The notes: generated by a model not told the origin, from the sequence alone. A DNA stretch of 32,000 nt from Nitrososphaera viennensis EN76 (GCF_000698785.1 NZ_CP007536.1:2280001-2312000), one strand, 5' to 3'; positions 1 through 9,040 are shown, counted from the first letter of the stretch. Numbers and translations are program-made.

Positions 1-57
1 GGGGTCGCAGTTGAGGAACACAAACGCAGACGTCATCTGGAGCGCCTACCACTACTA

Positions 58-138
58 CTACTTTTCTGCTCTAAGCAGGGAATAGGCCAGCACCGCTGCC
101 GAAACTGCAAGCGACGCGACAAATATTGCAAGGGCCAT
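58..138 (-). CDS. 26-aa hydrophobic KdpF-like peptide directly downstream of kdpC
   Basis: Too short for the ORF track, so I translated it by hand on the minus strand from the ATG at 138: MALAIFVASLAVSAAVLAYSLLRAEK, stop TAG at 60-58. It has a single TM helix. The tail Y-S-L-L-R-A-E-K resembles the Y-A-L-I-N-A-E-A-F tail of E. coli KdpF. A GGAGGAGGG motif lies at 164-156, just after the kdpC stop. Confidence 0.4.
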   Translation of the reverse strand: MALAIFVASLAVSAAVLAYSLLRAEK

Positions 139-164
139 GTCCATCCGGTTCTTTTCCCTCCTCC

Positions 165-641
165 TTATCCCTGTCCCGTTCCAAGGAACTCTGCATATGT
201 GTCCGGGTACTGCCTTGCAAGCTCTATGTTCAGCTCTAGCACGTTGACATGATCAGGGGCAAAAGCCACCAGGTTTGCCGACCTGTTTCTCTCGATGTTG
301 AGGTCTATCATCGTAACGAGGTAGTTCTCCGGTATGCCAGTAGCCTGGCTTACGCCCTTTGCCTGCGAATAGGCATCGTCGGGGGTTATGTGGGGGTCGA
401 CTCCTGACGCTGTTTCCACTGCAGGCCGGGGGTGGAAAAACTTGGGCGACGAAAATTCCTGCGCGACGAGCCGCGACCCGACCTCCTTTCCATTCAATTC
501 CAGGATGCTCCCGTTTGACTGGAACGGAAGCGCGCTCTGCCCTATCGCCACCAGCGCAAGAGGGTACGCTATTCCGGTCACGACCAGCATCAGCACAACC
601 ACCCTGATTGCGGGCTTTAGCGTTCCGGGCTTGATCTCCAT
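165..641 (-). CDS. kdpC: K+-transporting ATPase subunit C (KdpC)
   Basis: N-terminal TM helix, then QSNGS, FHPRP, DPHITP and VNVLELNIEL segments that align by eye with E. coli KdpC. I chose the ATG at 641 (MEIKPG...) because the longer ORF (to 713) would overlap the kdpB 3' end. An AGGAGGAG motif lies upstream. Confidence 0.85.
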   Translation of the reverse strand: MEIKPGTLKPAIRVVVLMLVVTGIAYPLALVAIGQSALPFQSNGSILELNGKEVGSRLVAQEFSSPKFFHPRPAVETASGVDPHITPDDAYSQAKGVSQATGIPENYLVTMIDLNIERNRSANLVAFAPDHVNVLELNIELARQYPDTYAEFLGTGQG

Positions 642-666
642 CTTTTTCTTGTCTCCTCCTCTCCTA

Positions 667-2823
667 TCACATAAAGATCGACAGAAGTACGTCGATCCCC
701 TTGATGGCCGCAAACGGCAGTATCGCCCCGCCTATTCCGTAGATGAACATATTCCTCACAAACGTCTTTTGTGGGGGCTCGGGCTTGAACCGCGTCCCCT
801 TTAGAGCCAGCGGTATCAGGAGCGGTATGATGATTGCGTTGAATATCAGAGTCGACAGCACCGCCGTCTCGGCGCTGTGCAGCTGCATTATGTTGAGCGC
901 CTGCATCTTGGGGTTGCTCTCCATGAACATCGCCGGCAGCAGCGCAAAGTACTTTGCCACGTCGTTGGCGATGCTGAACGTGGTTATGGCTCCCCTCGTC
1001 ATGAGCAGCTGCTTGCCGAGCTTGACCACCTTCAGTATCTTTGACGGGTCCGAGTCAAGGTCGACCATGTTTGCGGCCTCTTTTGCAGCAGCTGTCCCGC
1101 TGTTCATGGCAAGGCCGACGTCGGCCTTGGCAAGCGCAGGCGCGTCGTTGGTGCCGTCGCCTACCATGCCTATGACGTGGCCCCTTCTCTGCTCCTCCTC
1201 GACTTTTCTCAGCTTGTCCGTGGGCTTGGCCTCTGCTATCACCTGATCGACATTTGCCTCGTGTGCAATGACCTCTGCGGTCAGCTTGTTGTCCCCTGTT
1301 ATCATAACCGTGCTTATTCCCGTAGCCCTGACCTCGTCAAGCTTTTGCCGGATGTTTTCCTTGAGGTTGTCCTTTAGCGCAACAAGCCCTATGGCCGTCC
1401 TGTCGATCATCACGATGAGGGGCGTGCCGCCGGTCTTTGAGACTTCCTGGGACTTCCATTTCAGCTCAGCCTCGTTGAGGTTGTCGGCCATCGGAAGCAT
1501 GGCGTCTATGGAGCCTTTGAGGATCCTTGCGTTCCTGTTGGAGCGGGTGATCTCTCGCAGCATTGTCGCGACTCTGCAGCCGCTGCTTACCGGGCCGTTG
1601 AACGACTTGACTGCCTCCATCTCTTCCAGGGTCGCCCTCTTGCTCGGGATGAGCTCTATGCCGCTGTACCTTGTCTCTGCGCTGAACTCTATCGGCTTTG
1701 CAGTGATTATCTTTTCCAAAAGTGGCGGCACGAAATTCTTTGCCTCTGCAAGGTAGACCGTAGATTTGCCTTCGTGTGTAGTGTCGTGTATGGATGCTGC
1801 AAACGCTGCCTGGCCAATGTCCTCTTCAGTAAAGCCCTGCATCGGCATGAACGCTATTGCGCTCCTGCTTCCCTCGGTGATGGTGCCTGTCTTGTCAAGC
1901 ACCAGCACGTCGCAGTCGCCGGCCGCCTCGATCCCCTTGCCGGATTTTGCAATGATGTTGTCGCGCCCAAGCCTTGTGATCCCTGCGACTCCGATTGCGG
2001 GAAGCAGCGCCCCGATGGTGGTGGGCATCAGCGCCACCAAGAGCGCCACAAGAGTCGCGATGTCCACCGGGTATCCGAGGAAGCGGGCAAAGAACAGCAG
2101 GGTGCCTATGACCATGATGAATATTATCGACAGCCCTGCCAGGAGTATCGTCAGCGCGATCTCGTTCTTTGTCTTGGGCCTTGTCGCGCTCTCTATCAGG
2201 CCGACCATCTGGTCGAGAAAGCTGCGTCCTATTTCTGCTGAGATCTCTACCAGCAGCTTGTCGCTTGCGACCCTCGTCCCTCCAATCACCCTGTCGCCCT
2301 TTTCCTTAAAGACAGGATTGGACTCGCCCGTCATCATCGACTCGTCGACAAACGCCTTGCCTTCGTTGACAAGTCCGTCCCTGGGTATGATCTCGCCTGC
2401 ATGGACTATGACTTCGTCTCCCGGCTTTAGGCTGGTCGACGTGACTATTGTTTCCTTGCCGTTTACCCACTTGCGCGCTGGAACCTCTTTTTCCAGGCTC
2501 CGGAGCGAGTCGACCCTCGCCCTTGCCTGGGCTTCCGAGAGCGACTCTGAAAATGTCGCAAACCACACGGTGAGGATGAGTATTATCGCACTCTCTATGT
2601 AGAATACCTGGCTCTTGTTCACGTATTCGTTAGAGATGTCTGGAAATACCGCGATCGCAAGGACAAGAAAGAACCCTACTTCGACGGCAAACATCACCGG
2701 GCTGTTTCTGGCAAGATCGTACGGGCTCATTTTTGTGATCGAGTCGCGGATCACCCTGCCGCTTATCGCAGATTCTTTTTTTCCGCGTGCTGTTTGGATA
2801 TTGTTGTTATTATTTTTGCTCAT
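667..2823 (-). CDS. kdpB: K+-transporting P-type ATPase subunit B (KdpB)
   Basis: 718 aa with P-type ATPase signatures DKTGTIT (phosphorylation site), MITGDN and GDGTNDAPAL. It sits between kdpA and kdpC. Confidence 0.97.
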   Translation of the reverse strand: MSKNNNNNIQTARGKKESAISGRVIRDSITKMSPYDLARNSPVMFAVEVGFFLVLAIAVFPDISNEYVNKSQVFYIESAIILILTVWFATFSESLSEAQARARVDSLRSLEKEVPARKWVNGKETIVTSTSLKPGDEVIVHAGEIIPRDGLVNEGKAFVDESMMTGESNPVFKEKGDRVIGGTRVASDKLLVEISAEIGRSFLDQMVGLIESATRPKTKNEIALTILLAGLSIIFIMVIGTLLFFARFLGYPVDIATLVALLVALMPTTIGALLPAIGVAGITRLGRDNIIAKSGKGIEAAGDCDVLVLDKTGTITEGSRSAIAFMPMQGFTEEDIGQAAFAASIHDTTHEGKSTVYLAEAKNFVPPLLEKIITAKPIEFSAETRYSGIELIPSKRATLEEMEAVKSFNGPVSSGCRVATMLREITRSNRNARILKGSIDAMLPMADNLNEAELKWKSQEVSKTGGTPLIVMIDRTAIGLVALKDNLKENIRQKLDEVRATGISTVMITGDNKLTAEVIAHEANVDQVIAEAKPTDKLRKVEEEQRRGHVIGMVGDGTNDAPALAKADVGLAMNSGTAAAKEAANMVDLDSDPSKILKVVKLGKQLLMTRGAITTFSIANDVAKYFALLPAMFMESNPKMQALNIMQLHSAETAVLSTLIFNAIIIPLLIPLALKGTRFKPEPPQKTFVRNMFIYGIGGAILPFAAIKGIDVLLSIFM

Positions 2824-2832
2824 CGTAATCCA

Positions 2833-4467
2833 TCAACTCCCCATCGAAAATGGCCCTATTGCAAGGAACGGAAAGAACGTCAGCGCAGTCAAAAGGAACG
2901 TCATGACGACCAGCACGGTTATGAACAGCGGCCCCTGGGTCTTGATGGGCTCGATGACTTCCTTTCTGTCCTTGACGGTGAACGAGCCTGCGATTGCCAG
3001 CATCAGGCCAATAGGGATGTACCTGCCAAGCAGCATCACGATCCCTGTCGAATAGTTCCAGAACGGCGTGTCGGCCGACGTGCCAAAATAGTCAGAGCCA
3101 TTGTTTGCAGCGGCCGACGTGTATTCGTAGAGCGTCTGGGTATATCCGGTAGCCGTGACGGTCTGCTGGCCTTGCGTTCCAAGTACTGTCTGCGCGTCTC
3201 CACTCATAAGCGATATTGCAGTCGGGATGAGTATCAGCGCCGGATGTATCAGAAATATAAACACCGCCAGCTTGATGTCGTGCGAGCTTATCTTCATGCT
3301 CAGGTACTCTGGCGTCTTGCCTACCATCAGCCCGACTATGAACAGGGTCAAGACCACGTAGACTATCATGGTCATCATGCCCGTGCCGTCCGCGCCGGGG
3401 ATTGCCTGGACGAACATGCCAAGGAAGAGGCCGGTAACCGCGCTCGGGGACATGCCTGCAAGTGAGGACGCGACGGCGCCCGTGTTTGTGGATAAGGACC
3501 CTACGTTGAACAGCACGCTTCCAAAGCTGCCGAACCGGGTTTCAAGGAGCGCCGGCCCGCTTTCCTGTACAAGCGCTATTCCGAGCATCACTCCAAACCC
3601 TGCAAGCATTGCTATCAGGATCGAAACGCCCCTTCCCTTCCCGACCAGCTTTGCAAACGCAATCGGGAACGAGAGCGGTATGACAAGCATCAAGAGTGTT
3701 TCAAACATGCTTGAAAGCCCACTTGGGTTTTCAAACGGGTGGGCGGAATTAGCAGAGAAATAGCCGCCGCCATTGCTTCCAAGCTGCTTTATGGATTCGA
3801 GCGACGCCACGGGGCCCATGACCATCGTCTGCTGGCCGCCTTCCAACGTGCCCACGGTTGCCGATGGGGCGAGGGTCTGCGGGACTCCCAGGAACACCAA
3901 GAGCAGGGCAGAGACAAACGCCACGGGAAGTAAAAGCGTCACGATGACGCGGATAAAGTCGACGTAAAAGTTGCCCAGGCCGAAATTTTTCCTGATAAAT
4001 GCCCTGATGAAAGCAAATGCTGCCGCAATGCCGGACGCCGGCGCAACAAACATTATGAAAGTAATTACTGTCATCTGTGAAAATACCGAAAGCTGCTGGT
4101 CGCCTGCATAGTGCTGGAGGTTGGTATTTGTGATAAAAGATGCCGCCGTATGGAAGGCAAGGTCCGGGCTAAATCCATCTAGGCCCTGCGACACCGGCAG
4201 GAGGCCCTGGGCCATCAGCATGACGAATACAAAACCTGCCACTATGGCGTTGGTCACTACAAGGGCAAGGAGGTACTCCTTCCAGCTCATTTGCTGGTCC
4301 TTGTCGATCCCGACCATCTTGTAGAATCCGTTTTCAACCCTTGCCAGCGTCTTTTCCAGCGGCCTGCTCTCGTACGTTATCATCCTTGCCATGTACGTCC
4401 CAAACAGCACCGCCATCGTAACGGTGCTTCCAAGCAGTACTGCCAATTGCACGGTTGGATCTGCCAA
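2833..4467 (-). CDS. kdpA: K+-transporting ATPase subunit A (KdpA)
   Basis: 544-aa polytopic membrane protein. The segment TNTNLQHYAGDQQLSVFSQM and the overall layout match KdpA. TTG start at 4467 with AAGGAGG 12 nt upstream. The stop lies 9 nt before the kdpB ATG. Confidence 0.95.
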   Translation of the reverse strand: MADPTVQLAVLLGSTVTMAVLFGTYMARMITYESRPLEKTLARVENGFYKMVGIDKDQQMSWKEYLLALVVTNAIVAGFVFVMLMAQGLLPVSQGLDGFSPDLAFHTAASFITNTNLQHYAGDQQLSVFSQMTVITFIMFVAPASGIAAAFAFIRAFIRKNFGLGNFYVDFIRVIVTLLLPVAFVSALLLVFLGVPQTLAPSATVGTLEGGQQTMVMGPVASLESIKQLGSNGGGYFSANSAHPFENPSGLSSMFETLLMLVIPLSFPIAFAKLVGKGRGVSILIAMLAGFGVMLGIALVQESGPALLETRFGSFGSVLFNVGSLSTNTGAVASSLAGMSPSAVTGLFLGMFVQAIPGADGTGMMTMIVYVVLTLFIVGLMVGKTPEYLSMKISSHDIKLAVFIFLIHPALILIPTAISLMSGDAQTVLGTQGQQTVTATGYTQTLYEYTSAAANNGSDYFGTSADTPFWNYSTGIVMLLGRYIPIGLMLAIAGSFTVKDRKEVIEPIKTQGPLFITVLVVMTFLLTALTFFPFLAIGPFSMGS

Positions 4468-5126
4468 AACTATTACTGCCTCCTTGTCTGGCTTTGAAGG
4501 GACATCATTATCATCATCGCGTCCTCGGGATCTGACAGTAAAGAAATTCTGCCCAACTAGATCATCTAAACCGCATCTAGAACGTTGAATATTAAAGGGT
4601 TGTGAAAACGAAAATATGGAAAATTTTTATTTTTATTGCCTGATATTGCAAGAAATTATATGGCCTCTAGCTCATGAAAGTGGAGAACTGTCATGTTTCC
4701 AGCTTCTATTTTCAAAAAGGCACTTTTGCTAGGCCATTTTTTGCGGGTTTGCTTATAAAGCGTCACGCTCGATTCTTGCATGCCAGACCGGCTGCGTCAT
4801 ATTTTCAACTTTGGCACAACAATGTGAGATGAATTCCATGATTCTTGGCAGTTTTGATAGGGCTAGCAGTCCCTGTCCCGTTCAGTGGATTTAGTTCAAT
4901 CCTGGCTCAAAACTTGGAAGCGCGCTAAAACGACAAATTGCAGATCGCTATTTATTTCAACATAATGCGCCGCAAACAAAAATAGCCCCGGCGCTTTTCC
5001 TGTGTACAAAAAATATTTCCAGCAAACTCGAAGAGATCCGCATACATCTGTATGCCACTATTAAACATAGAAATATGATAGAACCTGATTCTATCGAAAA
5101 GCCAGATTTGCTGGAACAGGAAAAAC

Positions 5127-5450
5127 CTACGAGTAGTTACGCCAAGTGTGGTTGCACTTGGTGCACCTGAAAAACTGGGTCGTAGCCTCATCCGCCGACC
5201 TCGTCTGGAGCATCCACCATACTGCCGTGTTGTTGTCGCAGGTCGGGCACTGGATGGTTATAGTGGGCAGGTCCTGCTGCTTGTCGTCGTCCATGACCTT
5301 GAGCGACGCGTTCCTGCCGGTGACCTGCTTGACCTCCGTCACGCTCTTGCCGTCAGAAGCGCCCTTTTTTGCTCTAAATCCGCACTTTGGGCAGACTACG
5401 TCATCGCCTGATGGCTTCAAGCGCGTCTGGCATTCTGGGCAAAAGCGCAT
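5127..5450 (-). CDS. tfs: Transcription factor S (TFS, TFIIS/RpoM-type zinc ribbon)
   Basis: N-terminal zinc ribbon CPEC...CPKC. C-terminal TFIIS ribbon CPTC...QTRSADEATTQFFRCTKCNHTWR with the acidic DE loop. The ATG at 5450 (MRFCPEC) is preferred over the GTG at 5468. Confidence 0.9.
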   Translation of the reverse strand: MRFCPECQTRLKPSGDDVVCPKCGFRAKKGASDGKSVTEVKQVTGRNASLKVMDDDKQQDLPTITIQCPTCDNNTAVWWMLQTRSADEATTQFFRCTKCNHTWRNYS

Positions 5451-5475
5451 ATTTGTGTAAAACACCACCCGCGTG

Positions 5476-5751
5476 TTATTTTAGCGCCGCCTTGACAAGG
5501 CCGGCAAGCTCTTTGGAATAATCAGCAGCCGAAACAGCCGCGTCCTGTATGACCTCGACTGGGTCCTTTCTCTTTGTCGCAACCCTCATCTTGAAATCCT
5601 TGGTGAGTGGGTGCTGGAGCATCACCCCTGCAAAATCAACGCTTTTTTCCTTCAAGAGCTCGTGCTGGACGATGTAGAGGATAGAGATGTCCTCCTCGCG
5701 CACCTTCAGCTCAAGTTCATTGTCCTTAAAATCGGTGATCTCTGCAAGCAT
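5476..5751 (-). CDS. rpoL: DNA-directed RNA polymerase subunit L (Rpo11)
   Basis: About 91 aa with DNELELKV..EDISILYIVQHELLK...VDFAGVMLQHPL...KMRVATK, the pattern typical of archaeal RpoL. The ATG at 5751 is preferred over the TTG at 5769. A TTTATAT box (minus strand, 5783-5790) lies about 32-39 nt upstream. Confidence 0.85.
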   Translation of the reverse strand: MLAEITDFKDNELELKVREEDISILYIVQHELLKEKSVDFAGVMLQHPLTKDFKMRVATKRKDPVEVIQDAAVSAADYSKELAGLVKAALK

Positions 5752-5788
5752 GATACGTAACACAGACAACTACTTATTGAGGATATAA

Positions 5789-6319
5789 ATGATACCATGG
5801 CTGGAGATATTGTCGAGCTACATCAGCGGCGCAACTCTTGAAAAATCGCACGACACGGTCAAGGCCGACCAGCCGCTCACGCTGAGCCTCAGCTTCAAGA
5901 TAGACGGGGCGATCCGCGAGGCGTTTTCGCAAAAGAACTGGGAAAAGGCGTACAACAAGCACGACAACGGCTTCCGCATGACTATTGAAGTGGACATTAA
6001 ATCGGGTAGGAAGGTCGTCATGCCGCTCAAGTTCGTGAGAAAAGCCGCGCTGTTCTGGACCAGAAACCCCAAGATCCCGCACAGGATATGGGTGTCAGTC
6101 GTCAAGGACGAGACTCCGTTTTACCCGCTCTCCGAGGACGAGGCAAGGTCGCTCCTGTTCGACGTCAACAAGGTGATAGAGCTAACAGGAACAGAGCTTG
6201 CATCTGGCGCCCACCGGCTGTCTGCCGACATTCGCGTGCAGTGGGGCAAGCACGATTATACAGAGCCGGTGGAAATATCGGCCAGGTCAAACGAAGTAGA
6301 ATTGCGCGCCGTTGCTTGA
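5789..6319 (+). CDS. Hypothetical protein (176 aa)
   Basis: Long ORF with composition like the flanking genes, followed by oligo-T tracts (6323-6350). I recognise no family motif. The start is uncertain. Confidence 0.55.
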   Translation: MIPWLEILSSYISGATLEKSHDTVKADQPLTLSLSFKIDGAIREAFSQKNWEKAYNKHDNGFRMTIEVDIKSGRKVVMPLKFVRKAALFWTRNPKIPHRIWVSVVKDETPFYPLSEDEARSLLFDVNKVIELTGTELASGAHRLSADIRVQWGKHDYTEPVEISARSNEVELRAVA

Positions 6320-6368
6320 GATTTTTTGCCGCATTTTTTTGCATGCTTTTTCACTTTGTATAGATAGA

Positions 6369-6425
6369 GTACTGTGACGTCTCCGGCTCATCTGCCACTT
6401 GGATGAGACTATAACGTTACAGCGC
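6369..6425. repeat. 57-bp direct repeat, left copy (nested hairpin)
   Basis: GTACTGTGACGTCTCCGGCTCATCTGCCACTTGGATGAGACTATAACGTTACAGCGC. It is identical to 9089-9145 except G at 6376 versus A at 9096. Outer stem CTGTGACGT/ACGTTACAG, inner stem CTCATC/GATGAG. Confidence 0.95.
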
Positions 6426-6624
6426 CTGAAGACTACATCCTTTTTTGAAAGACTCTGGGAAGGATAACCAATATTCGGAGCTCAGATAAGAAACAGAAGT
6501 GCTTGACCGATGATTTATTCGACTGTACCCATGCAAGATTTGCAATGGCTCTGTCAGGAGTTCGACGAGTTATCGTGAGCTAAACTCAGGTAATGATGCA
6601 TGCCATCCTGTTAACGATAGCACC

Positions 6625-7281
6625 TCAGGAGTCAGAGTCGTATTTTAGAGATGCACGTCTAAAGAATAAGGCATCCTCATCGTCGCGGTTAATTTCCAAT
6701 ACCTTGTCGAAGCACGCTCGTGCCTCTTTGTATCTTTGTAGATTGAAAAATACTACTCCTTTCTCTTTGAGCAAAGCAGGGCTGCTAGGATTTTCCTTCA
6801 GTTTTTCATCTAATTCAGAAAGTCGGCTCTGTAAGGCATTTTGATACTTTTCGGATGTATTGACGTTGTGGGCATGACGTTTCCGCTTTAATTGCTGCGC
6901 AATCTTTTCTAGCAATGCCGCAGTATCATGATCGTCACGCCACTCGTCTAGTTTGTACTCTATGGACAAGTCGTAGAGAGGCTCATTATGTTCCTTATTG
7001 TTAATGCGATAAGCATCTATTCTTATTTCTGCAAGCTTTGTAGCCGTTTCTTTTTCAGAGATCTGAAATGTTGCACCTGTTGTGTAGGAAGATGCACTAT
7101 AAAACACTCGAGCCGGTATTGAATGGGAATCTAGATAAAATCCAGTGTCTGAGATATAGGACTCTTCTGGCATTATATGTATGATACTTGCTTGTTTCAC
7201 ATATTTAATTACTAGGCCAAGATCTGTTGAGTTCAGACATCGATTTGTGTAAATAAAAAATGAGGGATCGCCATACCTCAC
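6625..7281 (-). CDS. Hypothetical protein with a C-terminal TPR-like repeat
   Basis: 218-aa ORF in the AT-rich cassette. The C-terminal segment ALLKEKGVVFFNLQRYKEARACFDKVLEINRDDEDALFF reads as a TPR motif. It overlaps the upstream gene by 4 bp, suggesting an operon. Confidence 0.6.
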   Translation of the reverse strand: MRYGDPSFFIYTNRCLNSTDLGLVIKYVKQASIIHIMPEESYISDTGFYLDSHSIPARVFYSASSYTTGATFQISEKETATKLAEIRIDAYRINNKEHNEPLYDLSIEYKLDEWRDDHDTAALLEKIAQQLKRKRHAHNVNTSEKYQNALQSRLSELDEKLKENPSSPALLKEKGVVFFNLQRYKEARACFDKVLEINRDDEDALFFRRASLKYDSDS

Positions 7282-7907
7282 AGGGGGCTGTAGCTTGTGA
7301 AGGTAAACTCAACGTAGATGAACGAGCCTGCTTCTACACCTGTATTGCTGTCTGTAAGGGTTGGTGAATCTGTGTGCCCGGGCTGCAATATCTGTGCTTC
7401 CTTGAATGTGTAAGCTCCTACATTCGTCCATATCGAGTGCCAGTCTGGTGGTTCTGAAACGTCAGTTAGCCTTGCGCCGGAGTAGTACCCGGTGTATCCT
7501 GCTCTCATTTCATAATAGACCTGAATCCAAGGGTTGTATTCTTGAGTATAGCCAGTCAGTTGCTGCGGAGTCCCACCATAGGGAATGCTGGTCCAATCTT
7601 TGACAACTCTGTCACACACAAAGATCACATTGCATTGGTAGTGATAGCCTATTCTCGCTTGCAAGGAATCGGTTGGACCTGCTAATGTACTTGGTTGTTT
7701 GTCAAATTTTTGATTCTCTACGGGGTATTCTTCGATTGGCAAATATTCCTTCAGATGGTTCTTGAATTCTTCTTGCGTTCTGACCTTATCGGGTTTCTTT
7801 TCTTCCGCAAAGGCAACGTTCGCGGTAGTTAAAGGCACAGAGAATGCACCTATCAACAGAACCGCAGACATCAACATTGCAATGCGGATCTTGTTGTTCA
7901 AGATCAT
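7278..7907 (-). CDS. Secreted hypothetical protein (signal peptide)
   Basis: 209 aa. The N-terminus MILNNKIRIAMLMSAVLLIGAFSVPLTTANVAFA looks like a signal peptide. The mature part is rich in Tyr, Trp and Gly, and I recognise no family. Confidence 0.6.
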   Translation of the reverse strand: MILNNKIRIAMLMSAVLLIGAFSVPLTTANVAFAEEKKPDKVRTQEEFKNHLKEYLPIEEYPVENQKFDKQPSTLAGPTDSLQARIGYHYQCNVIFVCDRVVKDWTSIPYGGTPQQLTGYTQEYNPWIQVYYEMRAGYTGYYSGARLTDVSEPPDWHSIWTNVGAYTFKEAQILQPGHTDSPTLTDSNTGVEAGSFIYVEFTFTSYSPL

Positions 7908-7965
7908 CGAGTCAAAATATGGTACTCTGCCAATAAACCAGACTCACCTTTAACACAATCCTTGG

Positions 7966-8670
7966 GTGAGCAATGTTTTTAATATCATAAATTTTCTTTT
8001 CCTCGTGTTATCCTATATTACCATTAAATCATTATTGTTGTGCTTACTATTCGTATTATCATTGGATTCTATTGAAGTAATTTATGCTCAAAAAGCTACG
8101 ATTGAAGGAAGATTTGTGAGTCCGGATAACAATTTAGAAATCATTTTTCCTGAAGGATGGACAGGAAATTTTGTCAGATCTCCTGATAATTCCACTAGTA
8201 TCGTGGTGAGCCCGGGTCAGGCTATGGTAAACGAAACTTCGGTAACAACAACTGCAAGCATTTTCGTAAATACTGTGACAAGACAGGTAGCAAACCAGAC
8301 TAACCTCCTCAAGAACATTGATGAAAGTACCTGTAAGGAAAAAACAATAGAGGAAGTCATCATTAATGAAATGCAAGCAACATCCGTAAGTTTGACAGAA
8401 TGTGATGGTTTCCCATTTTATAAGGCGAAGGTCTACTTCTTTCAAACAGAGCAGGATATGATAACATTGGGTTATGTCGCACCATCAGACTCGGAATTTG
8501 AGAAACATCAATCTGATTTTGAATCTTCCGTCAATAATTTACATATAGCCAACACTATAAGCGCGCCCACAATACCTGAATTTCCGTATGTATTCATAGT
8601 GACTATGCTAGCTCTTGGGCTTATGATTGCTCTACGATCATTTGTCAATGGGTCTCCCCGGCCCTGCTAG
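7966..8670 (+). CDS. PEF-CTERM (archaeosortase-type sorting signal) secreted protein
   Basis: Hydrophobic N-terminus. The C-terminus reads ...APTIPEFPYVFIVTMLALGLMIALRSF..., that is, a PEF motif, a TM helix, then a basic residue. GTG start, and the exact start is uncertain. Confidence 0.6.
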   Translation: MSNVFNIINFLFLVLSYITIKSLLLCLLFVLSLDSIEVIYAQKATIEGRFVSPDNNLEIIFPEGWTGNFVRSPDNSTSIVVSPGQAMVNETSVTTTASIFVNTVTRQVANQTNLLKNIDESTCKEKTIEEVIINEMQATSVSLTECDGFPFYKAKVYFFQTEQDMITLGYVAPSDSEFEKHQSDFESSVNNLHIANTISAPTIPEFPYVFIVTMLALGLMIALRSFVNGSPRPC

Positions 8671-8779
8671 GCAGGTATGTATAGTATACGATCCTAAATT
8701 ACGGTGAATTCTAAGATTATCTTTACCTAGAATGTGATACTATAATTTTTATATATCCAAAAATAGATACAACGTGCTC

Positions 8780-9040
8780 ATGAAGTCGTTTGATCCAGAT
8801 ATACGCGTACTTTGCCGCTTAGCGGAAGCCTTCAGCAACGCGATATCTCTGAAGAAAACGCATTTGCACTTGGCAAGCCGACTAAGGTGGGATCTTTTTA
8901 ACAAGTATATTGAATGGCTATGCGCAAACAATTACGTACTAACAGACGGGAACACATACTGCTTAACCTCTTCCGGAAAAGAAATGTTTGCCAAATGCTT
9001 AGAATTTAATGTGTATCTTTACGGACAACGTCGAACATGA
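8780..9040 (+). CDS. Small winged-helix DNA-binding protein
   Basis: 86 aa. Its pattern (..ISLKKTHLHLASRLRWDLFNKYIEWLCANNYVLTDGNTYCLTSSGKEMF) parallels the wHTH protein at 21164-21469. TTTATATAT box at 8749-8757, 23 nt before the ATG at 8780. An in-frame GTG at 8774 is also possible. Confidence 0.5.
   Translation: MKSFDPDIRVLCRLAEAFSNAISLKKTHLHLASRLRWDLFNKYIEWLCANNYVLTDGNTYCLTSSGKEMFAKCLEFNVYLYGQRRT

Noticed and set aside
1-36. A possible start of another minus-strand gene (ATG at 36, MTSAFVFLNCDP...) running off the left edge.
   Set aside because: Only 12 codons are visible, which is not enough to support a call.
743-2602. Several long plus-strand ORFs (743-1246, 1268-1756, 1766-2602, 1774-2241) antisense to kdpB.
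   Set aside because: They lie entirely inside a gene with unambiguous P-type ATPase motifs. Their products are low-complexity and rich in Ser, Ala and Pro, with no motifs. They are typical antisense shadow ORFs of GC-rich coding DNA.
4860-4920. A tRNA-like stretch (gggctagcag...ggatttagttcaatcctggctc) in the kdpA-tfs gap.
   Set aside because: The acceptor ends are not complementary and the putative T-loop has 6 nt. No cloverleaf can be drawn.
6369-6425. Interpreting the 57-bp repeat as a box C/D sRNA or a tRNA fragment (att site within a tRNA).
   Set aside because: Neither strand has a proper C box (RUGAUGA) or D box (CUGA); only GGAUGAG and AGAUGAG near-matches are present. The stems (9 bp, and 6 bp with a 9-nt loop) do not fit any tRNA arm geometry.
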